Below are positions 53,302-60,287 of a stretch of DNA of 64,000 nucleotides, piece after piece. This stretch comes from Clostridia bacterium (lineage in GTDB: Bacteria; Bacillota; Clostridia; Christensenellales; UBA1242), in assembly GCA_017625505.1 (NCBI GenBank), contig JAGAKV010000011.1:25212-89211 (forward strand), in the 5' to 3' direction. How positions within the stretch are numbered: position 1 is the first letter of the stretch; every line of letters begins with the position of its first letter. The notes below the pieces were generated by a model. It ran no database searches. It was not told the DNA's origin and worked only from the letters and a program-made list of their open reading frames with translations. The translations under genes were made by a program, and so were the position numbers.

Positions 53302-54723
53302 TCACAAAGCATTAAATCGATTTTTTCTAATTAGTTTTTCTTTATCCTTTTGAATTTGTGATTTTTCTTGCCTTTTTTGCACCGGCTTATTGATATTCAT
53401 AAGATAATAGCGCATTTCGTCTAAGCAGTGATCATCCTTTTTGATCGGAATATCATCATCTCCCCACCAATATCCCTTTATCTCCGAAATCAAGTTCACG
53501 CAGTTTTTGAATATAAATAAATGAGCTTTTCCTTCGCCATCTTTGAGATAGCTTTTAACCTTGCTTATTCCGCTAAACATATCCTTGTTTACTTTAGGGT
53601 TTACCAAAATGTCGTTATCATAAAAAAGATCAACAACGCTTTTGCTGCTTGCAAGCGTTCGCTGAGTTGCCGCACTATCAATCAGCGCGCATAATTTTCC
53701 ATTTTGATAATGCCACCCCAGTCGTTTTGAAATCTCTTTAATGCGGTTTGCGTGATATGTTACATCCTTCCCCTTGTCAAAGTGCTCGGCTATTACATAC
53801 ACGTTTCCATCAAAATCCTGTGCATACCAGTGTGCAGAAAGAGGGTTGTTGAGGCCGGGGTCAATGGAAATGGTATCATACCACTCTTTTGGCACGTCAA
53901 AAGGCTCAATCACATGCACGCTTTCTTGAAACTCGCTATACACAAGCCCGCCGCACTGCATAAACTTGCCATAGCGCCTACTTTCGAGTTCCTCTTCTGA
54001 CATACTTTTTGTCATAGCCTCAATTTCGTGTTTATCAAGATATGGATTATCTGCCCACTCCATTTCTTCATGCCAGACATTATCATCATTATTTTGATTT
54101 AAATAAATTTCGTTATACACCCATGTCAGTCCTTTTAGCGGGGTCATCGTACCAAACACTTCTCCCTGCCTATCAAGGACTCTCATGCGACATTCTTGGT
54201 AAATATCATATGGCGGTTCTTCATCAAACCAAACAAAGTCAAGTGATGAGCCCTGAAATTTTTCTCTTCCCTGATCACAGCTTTTAAAGCCAATTTTGGA
54301 AAGCGAGCCAAACACATTTTTGACCATAATAAAGTCAATTACGCCCCCTTCTGCGCTATCCGAACGGCCGCTGGACATGACAATATGGTCAATCCAATCC
54401 TTTCTTAAGTAGTGCAAAATTTTGCTTTGCGCGACATCACGCTGCACCTGTTTTGACAGACTTACAACCCATGCCGAAATTGGCTTATTTTTCTTAAAAG
54501 GATGAATTCCTCTTGCAAGCCAAACCGTTTCTACCGCGCCGCACTCGGTCTTACCTGAGCGATTTCCTCCAAATACCCAACGATTCTTCTTGCAGCACTT
54601 ATGAAACTCCATTTGTTTTTTGTGGATAATTTCTCCGCTGTTATAGCGTGACAAATTGTCTTCTCTTTGCCTTTTTTCGATTTCTTGCGTCACAAGCTGC
54701 AACTTATATTTTATCTCTTCCAT
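53302..54723 (-). CDS. Phage terminase large subunit (intact, isolated)
   Basis: Walker A GGNRSGKT, Walker B LDFVWFDE, and nuclease-half motifs IDPG and DDHCLDEMRY. The start is taken at MEEIKY (ATG 54723) after GGAGAG. Confidence 0.85.
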   Translation of the reverse strand: MEEIKYKLQLVTQEIEKRQREDNLSRYNSGEIIHKKQMEFHKCCKKNRWVFGGNRSGKTECGAVETVWLARGIHPFKKNKPISAWVVSLSKQVQRDVAQSKILHYLRKDWIDHIVMSSGRSDSAEGGVIDFIMVKNVFGSLSKIGFKSCDQGREKFQGSSLDFVWFDEEPPYDIYQECRMRVLDRQGEVFGTMTPLKGLTWVYNEIYLNQNNDDNVWHEEMEWADNPYLDKHEIEAMTKSMSEEELESRRYGKFMQCGGLVYSEFQESVHVIEPFDVPKEWYDTISIDPGLNNPLSAHWYAQDFDGNVYVIAEHFDKGKDVTYHANRIKEISKRLGWHYQNGKLCALIDSAATQRTLASSKSVVDLFYDNDILVNPKVNKDMFSGISKVKSYLKDGEGKAHLFIFKNCVNLISEIKGYWWGDDDIPIKKDDHCLDEMRYYLMNINKPVQKRQEKSQIQKDKEKLIRKNRFNAL

Positions 54724-54812
54724 TTCTCTCTCCGCTAAAAAGTTTACATTTGCCCATAATATCGACAAATATTTGTTTTGACCCGTTCCCCCTTTCGATA
54801 TACACTTGACTT

Positions 54813-55586
54813 ATGAAAAAATTAGTAATTTCTCTATCGCTTATTATTTTCTGTCTTGCCATTCTTCCAACCAGTGCACAATACTCTTACGCTGAAAAAA
54901 TCTACTGGGCCAAGGTTGAACAAAATGGCACTTATTTTTATGCTCTTGCTGACGAGACAAGCCAGCTGTTTATTTTGCCTGAATCTTATTTTGTAAAACT
55001 TACCGGCGAAAAGGATAATTTCTTCTCCGCGCAGTATCGAGACATACAGGGATATGTGAAAAAAGATGAAGTGAGCCCAATGGATGGAACGCCGTCAAAT
55101 CCATACTATATTGAATCTTTCAGAGCATTTTTGCCTGCAGGTACGGGGCTTTATGCCATCAGTCAAATGATGGATGAGTATAAAATCATTGACATCCCAT
55201 ACCTATATGAAAATCTGACCTATTACGGCTCGATTGCTGGGCAAACTGCCATCCCAGAAAAAAGTAATATCTGGCATTACTGCAAATATGGTGAGGATTA
55301 TGGCTATGTATATTCCATTTTTTGTGACAAGCTGGAATCCCCACCACTAAACCATGAAAGTTTTTCAAAAATTGACAGCGTTTCATTTGAAGAGCCTCCA
55401 ATAAAAGCACTCTCGCAAACAGCAATGGCTTTTATTATTATCGGCGTTTCTCTTCCATGCCTGATTGTTTTATATCTTCTCATCAGACCTAATATGATGA
55501 AAGTAAGCCTGCCAAAAGAAAAATCCAAATATAAAGCAGCAAAGCGAAGGGATTACTTTGAATTTGACCAATCAGATTTAAATTAA
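54813..55586 (+). CDS. Secreted protein with SH3b-like N-domain and C-terminal TM anchor
   Basis: Signal peptide ...PTSAQYSYA. YWAKV...GYVKKDEV resembles a bacterial SH3. TM helix AFIIIGVSLPCLIVLYLLI near the C-terminus. Confidence 0.5.
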   Translation: MKKLVISLSLIIFCLAILPTSAQYSYAEKIYWAKVEQNGTYFYALADETSQLFILPESYFVKLTGEKDNFFSAQYRDIQGYVKKDEVSPMDGTPSNPYYIESFRAFLPAGTGLYAISQMMDEYKIIDIPYLYENLTYYGSIAGQTAIPEKSNIWHYCKYGEDYGYVYSIFCDKLESPPLNHESFSKIDSVSFEEPPIKALSQTAMAFIIIGVSLPCLIVLYLLIRPNMMKVSLPKEKSKYKAAKRRDYFEFDQSDLN

Positions 55587-56080
55587 ATGGCAATTTGCTC
55601 CTCCGCCATTTCTTGCTCTTTATAGCTTTGGTAAATCTCCATAATCCACTTCTCTCCCGCCAAATACCTTTGAAGCTTTTTCTCGTCATATCCAAATTTA
55701 CTCATAAAGCCACAAAATTTTTCTTCCGCAGCAAGAAGATGTCTAAAATAAGTGCGTATGTTTAAATTATGTCGCTCGGCTATTGCTTGAGATGAATCTC
55801 CGTCCATATATTTCTCGATTAAAATTTGAGCAGAATGTCTATCGCACTCAAGGAGCGCCTTGTCGGCAAGCACCCTAACATTAATCAGTCTCTTTTTCCT
55901 CTCGGTCAGCTCCAATATGCGATCAGCAACTGCCATTACAGAATTTTGCGACTGATTTTGCCCAACAAAATAAAATGAATTGAAGGCGTTTTGTTTGACA
56001 AGTTTGTCAATGGCCTCGCTTACCCTATCTAAAAATTTATATACCGATAAAATTGTTTTTCCCCATGTATTATTCTTCAT
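55583..56080 (-). CDS. ArpU-/sigma-70-region-4-like phage-type transcriptional regulator
   Basis: 165 aa. The C-terminal HTH ...DSSQAIAERHNLNIRTYFRHLLAAEEKF resembles sigma r4 and ArpU late regulators. It has its own promoter and RBS. Confidence 0.5.
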   Translation of the reverse strand: MKNNTWGKTILSVYKFLDRVSEAIDKLVKQNAFNSFYFVGQNQSQNSVMAVADRILELTERKKRLINVRVLADKALLECDRHSAQILIEKYMDGDSSQAIAERHNLNIRTYFRHLLAAEEKFCGFMSKFGYDEKKLQRYLAGEKWIMEIYQSYKEQEMAEEQIAI

Positions 56081-56111
56081 ATTTTTCTCCTTTTTTATGA
56101 AAATTGCCTAA

Positions 56112-56141
56112 ATTATAAGTAGTGAAAATTGAAAAAGTCAA
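56112..56141 (-). promoter_or_regulatory. Promoter of the ArpU-like gene
   Basis: On the minus strand: TTGACT (56141-56136), an 18-nt spacer, and TATAAT (56117-56112). GGAG lies upstream of ATG 56080. Confidence 0.6.
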
Positions 56142-56168
56142 CGTTCACTGACATAGTATTACATATTT

Positions 56169-56186
56169 TTGTAAAATATTTTACAA
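56169..56186. promoter_or_regulatory. Perfect 18-bp palindrome TTGTAAAATATTTTACAA (operator candidate), copy 1
   Basis: It lies within the 24-bp string ATATTTTTGTAAAATATTTTACAA, which recurs identically at 58232-58255. It is 27 nt upstream of the -35 box. Confidence 0.7.
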
Positions 56187-56196
56187 AAATGAGTGT

Positions 56197-56236
56197 TTTT
56201 TTCGAATTTTGTCAAATTTTGTCAATTTTTGTCGAA
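56197..56236 (+). repeat. Four phased 10-bp direct repeats (TTTTTTCGAA TTTTGTCAAA TTTTGTCAAT TTTTGTCGAA)
   Basis: The repeats have an exact 10-bp period. The last unit contains TGTCGAA, the canonical Spo0A-box heptamer, and the two before it are one-mismatch variants. Confidence 0.75.
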
Positions 56237-56294
56237 ACGACTACACTTTTACGTATGGAGATTTAAGATTATTTAAACTTTTTTTTAAAATCTG

Positions 56295-56323
56295 TTGCAC
56301 TCTAAGAAGTTTTGTGCTAAGAT
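56295..56323 (+). promoter_or_regulatory. Possible tRNA-Leu promoter
   Basis: TTGCAC (56295-300), a 17-nt spacer ending in TGC, and TAAGAT (56318-23). Confidence 0.4.
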
Positions 56324-56381
56324 TGTATTGTTGCTTAGGCTTCTGCCTGGCATAAAACTTACAATTAAACAAATTTATTAT

Positions 56382-56467
56382 GCTGGTGTGGCGGAATGGC
56401 AGACGCGACGGACTCAAAATCCGTTGGTGGCAACATCATGTGGGTTCGACTCCCACCACCAGCACCA
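56382..56467 (+). tRNA. tRNA-Leu (anticodon CAA), type II with long variable arm, CCA encoded
   Basis: Acceptor stem GCTGGTG/CACCAGC, anticodon stem ACGGA/TCCGT with loop CTCAAAA, T-arm GTGGG-TTCGACT-CCCAC, and a 3' ACCA. Confidence 0.9.
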
Positions 56468-56489
56468 ACAGGTTTTACCTGTTTTTTTT
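56468..56489 (+). terminator. Rho-independent terminator after tRNA-Leu
   Basis: ACAGGT-TTT-ACCTGT followed by a T8 run. Confidence 0.8.
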
Positions 56490-56492
56490 ATT

Positions 56493-56571
56493 TGGTGGGA
56501 GTCGAACGTGTTCGATCGGGTTCCCTGAAAATTGTAAAATTTTTAGGGTAAGGCTTCCACCACCAGCACCA
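56493..56571 (+). repeat. Inverted (56493-56507) and direct (56555-56571) copies of the tRNA-Leu 3' end enclosing two hairpins
   Basis: 56493-56507 is the exact reverse complement of tRNA bases 56444-56458. 56555-56571 matches tRNA bases 56451-56467 at 16 of 17 positions. Confidence 0.85.
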
Positions 56572-56593
56572 GTAACCTAATGTTGCACGACTA

Positions 56594-56625
56594 AATACTG
56601 AATGAAATTGGTTCAGTATTTTTTA
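56594..56625 (+). terminator. Terminator-like hairpin
   Basis: AATACTGAA/TTCAGTATT 9-bp stem with a 9-nt loop, followed by a T-run (TTTTTTATTT). Confidence 0.55.
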
Positions 56626-56867
56626 TTTGCGAAGGCACCTCCAACCACGTCGCTTCTCGAAGATATGGTTAGCGAACGTGTTTAAATCCACCCGCAAGAG
56701 TCCATGTGCGTATGAAAAGCGTGACGTCGCACCAATGCAATAACGGTTACGCCGCTTTACACCGCGCCACATTGAATTGAAGCCCACTCCGTCACTCAAC
56801 TCATTAAAAAAGCGCCCCAAAACTAGCATAAAATTGCTAGAATTGGAACGCTGCTGGTTCGCTTAAT

Positions 56868-57056
56868 CTAATCATTAAATTCCATAAGTATAAAAACTTC
56901 GTTTTTACATTTTACACATTTCATATCATGAATAAAATGTTTTTTCCCTCGCACTGAGGGCTTTTTTATTAATATTCTACATGTGCCACTATCAGACGAT
57001 GTATTGCACTCGCCAAGACATCTTCCACAGTGAGGACAATATAGCTTGATATTCAA
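56868..57056 (-). CDS. Small CxxC...CxxC zinc-ribbon protein co-transcribed with lexA
   Basis: 62 aa with CPHC near the N-terminus and CVKC near the C-terminus. It starts 11 nt after the lexA stop. It faintly resembles Mu Com-type zinc fingers. Confidence 0.5.
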   Translation of the reverse strand: MNIKLYCPHCGRCLGECNTSSDSGTCRILIKKPSVRGKKHFIHDMKCVKCKNEVFILMEFND

Positions 57057-57067
57057 TTTTTGCCTCC

Positions 57068-57664
57068 TTAAAATTTATGGATACAATGCTCGACCACGCC
57101 AAGAATGCTTACGTGCCGCGTAATAATGTCTCCATAATTTTTGTTTTCAGGGTGTAACACTACATGATCTGACCGCTTGTAAAAAGTCTTAACGGTTGCG
57201 CTGTCATCAAGTAAGGCGACTACTATCTGACCATTTTGCGCATAGTTGGTTTTGCGGACAACAAGCAAGTCTCCACTTTGAATCCCCACTTCCATCATAC
57301 TATCACCTTCAGCGTGAAGCAGGAATATCTCGCCGCGACCAAATATATCGCTTGGCAGTGCATACACTCCTTCAATGTTTTCTTGAGCCAGTATAGGTTG
57401 ACCGCATGTGACCACACCAACCACAGGGGCAATTGTGACTGATGAGGCATCAAAAGTTGGAAAACAGAATATCTTTCCACTCTTGCTTTTTTGCACTTCT
57501 CCCCGCTCTGCAAGAATATCTATATATCTGCTTACGACAGAGAGGCTTGAAAGCTGAAACTGTTTGGCTATATTACGATAAGAGGGGCTTTGCCCATTCT
57601 TAATCTGATAAGTTTTAATATAGTCCAAAATTTCAGCCAGCAATTTTTCATTTACAACCTTCAT
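57068..57664 (-). CDS. lexA: LexA-family repressor (winged HTH + S24 peptidase)
   Basis: The start is taken at MKVVNEKLL (ATG 57664) after GAGGT. HTH SYRNIAKQFQLSSLSVVSRYI, catalytic Ser in GDSM and Lys in VKTF. Confidence 0.85.
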   Translation of the reverse strand: MKVVNEKLLAEILDYIKTYQIKNGQSPSYRNIAKQFQLSSLSVVSRYIDILAERGEVQKSKSGKIFCFPTFDASSVTIAPVVGVVTCGQPILAQENIEGVYALPSDIFGRGEIFLLHAEGDSMMEVGIQSGDLLVVRKTNYAQNGQIVVALLDDSATVKTFYKRSDHVVLHPENKNYGDIITRHVSILGVVEHCIHKF

Positions 57665-57682
57665 ACCTACCTCGTTTTTAAA

Positions 57683-57697
57683 AGAACATCGCGTTCT
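57683..57697. promoter_or_regulatory. LexA-box-like inverted repeat AGAAC-N5-GTTCT
   Basis: AGAACATCGCGTTCT lies between the predicted lexA -10 box (57709-57714) and the RBS. The spacer is 5 nt rather than the 4 nt of the canonical Firmicute box. Confidence 0.45.
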
Positions 57698-57708
57698 TTT
57701 ATGGAAGT

Positions 57709-57737
57709 ATAATAACACACTCTTTTTTAAATTGCAA
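57709..57737 (-). promoter_or_regulatory. lexA promoter
   Basis: On the minus strand: TTGCAA (57737-57732), a 17-nt spacer, and TATTAT (57714-57709). Confidence 0.5.
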
Positions 57738-57757
57738 GCGTTTGTGTCAATTTTTTC

Positions 57758-57789
57758 AAAAAAAAAATGCCATCTTTTTTCAGACGGCA
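57758..57789 (-). terminator. Rho-independent terminator after the Spo0A_C gene
   Basis: On the minus strand: TGCCGTCT-GAAAAA-AGATGGCA (8 bp including one G-U), followed by a T10 run. Confidence 0.7.
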
Positions 57790-58172
57790 CATTTTTTGCT
57801 TTTTTGTAAAATCTTATTGCTTTCCATAAATGCTTTTTCCGCAAGCAGACAAAGCATTTCACGTGGAGATGGTTTACAAATAGAAAAACGGATATGCATT
57901 CCTCTTTCAAAATCGGCAATTCCATTTCGCTTATAACTCACTTCAATTGCATGACGCATGGCACGATCAACAATGTCAAGCTTTACCCCATTATCCGATG
58001 CGATCTCTTGATATAACCCAACCCCAACTTTAAACTTCTTATCATTGTCATTTATAATCTTTTTTGCCCCCTCCTTAAAGAAAGTATACCCTTTCAAATT
58101 GGGTGATATCTTCAGCATAATCAAAAACAGCGACAACTTTTCTTCTATAAGAAGAGCAAAACATTCTTGCAT
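57780..58172 (-). CDS. Stand-alone Spo0A C-terminal (DNA-binding) domain protein, no receiver domain
   Basis: The start is taken at MQECF (ATG 58172) after GGAGG. ISPNLKGYTFFKEG, VDRAMRHAIEVSY.RNG and KPSPREMLCLLAEK align with the Spo0A effector motifs IKGYLYLREA, VERAIRHAIEVAWSRG and KPTNSEFIAMVADK. Confidence 0.8.
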   Translation of the reverse strand: MQECFALLIEEKLSLFLIMLKISPNLKGYTFFKEGAKKIINDNDKKFKVGVGLYQEIASDNGVKLDIVDRAMRHAIEVSYKRNGIADFERGMHIRFSICKPSPREMLCLLAEKAFMESNKILQKSKKCAV

Positions 58173-58193
58173 AATTCCTCCGTAGCATAAAGG

Positions 58194-58221
58194 ATTATAC
58201 TGATGTGGACGCAAAAGTCAA
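58194..58221 (-). promoter_or_regulatory. Promoter of the Spo0A_C gene
   Basis: On the minus strand: TTGACT (58221-58216), a 16-nt spacer, and TATAAT (58199-58194). Confidence 0.6.
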
Positions 58222-58237
58222 TACTTTTTAAATATTT

Positions 58238-58255
58238 TTGTAAAATATTTTACAA
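58238..58255. promoter_or_regulatory. Perfect 18-bp palindrome TTGTAAAATATTTTACAA, copy 2
   Basis: Identical to 56169-56186, including 6 upstream bases. It lies 16 nt upstream of the -35 box of the Spo0A_C gene. Confidence 0.7.
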
Positions 58256-58282
58256 TTTTGCTTTATACATTGCTTTAACACA

Positions 58283-58308
58283 AAAAAAGTTGTGTCTTTA
58301 CGACACAA
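58283..58308 (-). terminator. Rho-independent terminator after the BspA-like gene
   Basis: On the minus strand: TTGTGTC-GTAAA-GACACAA followed by a T7 run. Confidence 0.75.
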
Positions 58309-58332
58309 CATGCATATTAATCTTTACTAAAT

Positions 58333-60180
58333 CTACGCTTTAAGCGTCAAATAGCCATACTTGCCAGTAGTTTCATCCAGTCCAGCGTAAGCATATGTTT
58401 TGTCGATCACCTTGCCGTTTGCTTCCCAGTTTGGAAGGGATGAGCAACTTAAAAACATATCTGTACTGCCAGAAACTTGATGCGTAAAGCCAGAAATAGA
58501 ACAGTTTGCTGAGGCCGCCAATGCGCTTGTTGTCCACTTGCTTCCAATATATATGTTTTCAAGAGCGCTGCACCCAGCAAAAATATGATGCATGTCTTGA
58601 ACTTTTGATGTGTCAAACGTTGACAAATCTAAAGTTGTAAGATTTGCATTGTTTTTAAATAAATGTTCCATAGACACAACATTAGCCGTTCCAAATCCAT
58701 TTAAATTAAGTGACGTTAAAGAGGACATTCCAGACAGCATATCTGTCATGTTTATGACTTGTTCATTGCTAAAACTCGAAAGGTCAAGAGATGTCAACGT
58801 TCGACAGTTGCGAAACATATACGTCATGGTGGTTGCACTTTTCGTGTTAAACGATGAAACGTCTAGACTTTCAAGGACAGTACATGCTTGAAACATCCAA
58901 TCAAACCGAGTCACCTTTGATGTATCAAAGCCATTCAGCCCCACAATGTTCTTAATTTTGAAGCACCCTGAAAACATTGCATCCATTTGCGTTACATTAG
59001 AGGTATTAAATGATGTAAGATCAAGCGACAACAGTGAGGAACAACTTGCAAACATCGATGTCATCACTTTGACATTTTGCGTATTAAAACTAGACACGTC
59101 AACCTCAGTTAAACTAGAACAATTTGAGAACATGCTAAGCATATTGGTCACTTTTGACGTGTTAAAATTTGATAAATCAAGAGAAGTTAGGCTTTTGCAG
59201 CCGTAAAACATATTTGACATATCCTTCACACTTGAAGTATCCCAACCCGTCATATCTATTTCTGTCAAATATGAGACCAAACCACTCTCTGATGCAAACA
59301 TGTTTGACATCTGTGTAACATTTGAAACATCAAAATGAGATAAATCAAGTTTGCTTAACTTTGTAGAATGAAACATCGCATGCATCGATGTGCATTTTGA
59401 TGTATTAAAATTTGAAATATCCAGCTGCTGAAGACTCATACAATATTGAAACATACCGGATATCGCTGTTAAATTGGGTGTAAACCATTTAGACAGATCG
59501 AGCGCAGTAAGGCTTCGACAATAATAGAACATATAGGAAAAACTTGTTGCATTTTCTGTATTAAGTTTTTCTAGTCCATCAATATTCGTAAGTACTTTAC
59601 AATTGTAAAACATCCCATAAAAATTAGTCACAACAGATGTATCAATGTTGTTGAATGCAATTTTTGTTAGCACGGATGACTTGACACCTGCCTCATTTAT
59701 TGAATAAACGTAATCCGCTCTGAAAAAATCTTTACAATCGGCTGGCATGGTGATTGTCTCATTTGAAAGGACAAGCATTGCGCCGATGTGCGATGATGTC
59801 TCGCGATTATAATAGGTGTAATAGTGGGCAAAGATGCTTTCGTCTTGTGCTTGACTTACGTCAATTGTAGAAAGCACGTCTGTGCTTACGAGGCTACCCC
59901 CACCCCGCGAAAACGCGTAGGTGGCGCGGTCAGCGTCGGTATAACTGTCAAAATAAATTTCAGTTATGACAGGGTTGCCGATTGACGAAGCCTCTTCGTT
60001 AAACTCTAAATATGCATTTTGAAAGTTTGTTTTGCCAATCATTGGATTTTTGGTGTAATAATAAATATTTGTATAAGTTTCGATTTGAGGCATTGAAACA
60101 GCAAAAACACCCATCGACATCGCGATGCAGACGAGAAATGAGTATAACACTACATAAATTGTTGTTTTTACCTTTTTCAT
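58333..60180 (-). CDS. BspA-family leucine-rich-repeat surface protein (DUF285-type ~25-aa repeats)
   Basis: More than 10 consecutive repeats of the type LDLS.FNTS.VT.M..MF..C.SL, with an N-terminal signal/anchor helix. Confidence 0.85.
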   Translation of the reverse strand: MKKVKTTIYVVLYSFLVCIAMSMGVFAVSMPQIETYTNIYYYTKNPMIGKTNFQNAYLEFNEEASSIGNPVITEIYFDSYTDADRATYAFSRGGGSLVSTDVLSTIDVSQAQDESIFAHYYTYYNRETSSHIGAMLVLSNETITMPADCKDFFRADYVYSINEAGVKSSVLTKIAFNNIDTSVVTNFYGMFYNCKVLTNIDGLEKLNTENATSFSYMFYYCRSLTALDLSKWFTPNLTAISGMFQYCMSLQQLDISNFNTSKCTSMHAMFHSTKLSKLDLSHFDVSNVTQMSNMFASESGLVSYLTEIDMTGWDTSSVKDMSNMFYGCKSLTSLDLSNFNTSKVTNMLSMFSNCSSLTEVDVSSFNTQNVKVMTSMFASCSSLLSLDLTSFNTSNVTQMDAMFSGCFKIKNIVGLNGFDTSKVTRFDWMFQACTVLESLDVSSFNTKSATTMTYMFRNCRTLTSLDLSSFSNEQVINMTDMLSGMSSLTSLNLNGFGTANVVSMEHLFKNNANLTTLDLSTFDTSKVQDMHHIFAGCSALENIYIGSKWTTSALAASANCSISGFTHQVSGSTDMFLSCSSLPNWEANGKVIDKTYAYAGLDETTGKYGYLTLKA

Positions 60181-60187
60181 TACAATT

Positions 60188-60216
60188 ATTATACACTATT
60201 TTATTCAAAAAGTAAA
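60188..60216 (-). promoter_or_regulatory. Promoter of the BspA-like gene (predicts a leaderless mRNA)
   Basis: On the minus strand: TTTACT (60216-60211), a 17-nt spacer, and TATAAT (60193-60188). ATG 60180 follows 7 nt later with no Shine-Dalgarno. Confidence 0.45.
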
Positions 60217-60287
60217 TAAATTTTAAATGATTTTGCAAATTTTCACCATGTTGTTTTAATGCGAAAAAAAAACGTTTGTCAGAAGTT

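Noticed and set aside
56295-56580. ORFs 56295-56528 and 56380-56580 (plus strand).
   Set aside because: They read straight through tRNA-Leu, its terminator and the tRNA-fragment repeats. They have no RBS, and the tRNA explains the sequence.
56623-56829. ORF of 68 aa in the GC-rich patch, with a faint tyrosine-recombinase-like stretch (RFSYAHGLLRVDLNTF).
   Set aside because: The start codon lies in the loop of a hairpin, there is no RBS, and the sequence is very basic and odd. The integrase resemblance is too short and imprecise to support a CDS or pseudogene call without a database search. I report it only as a finding to be checked.
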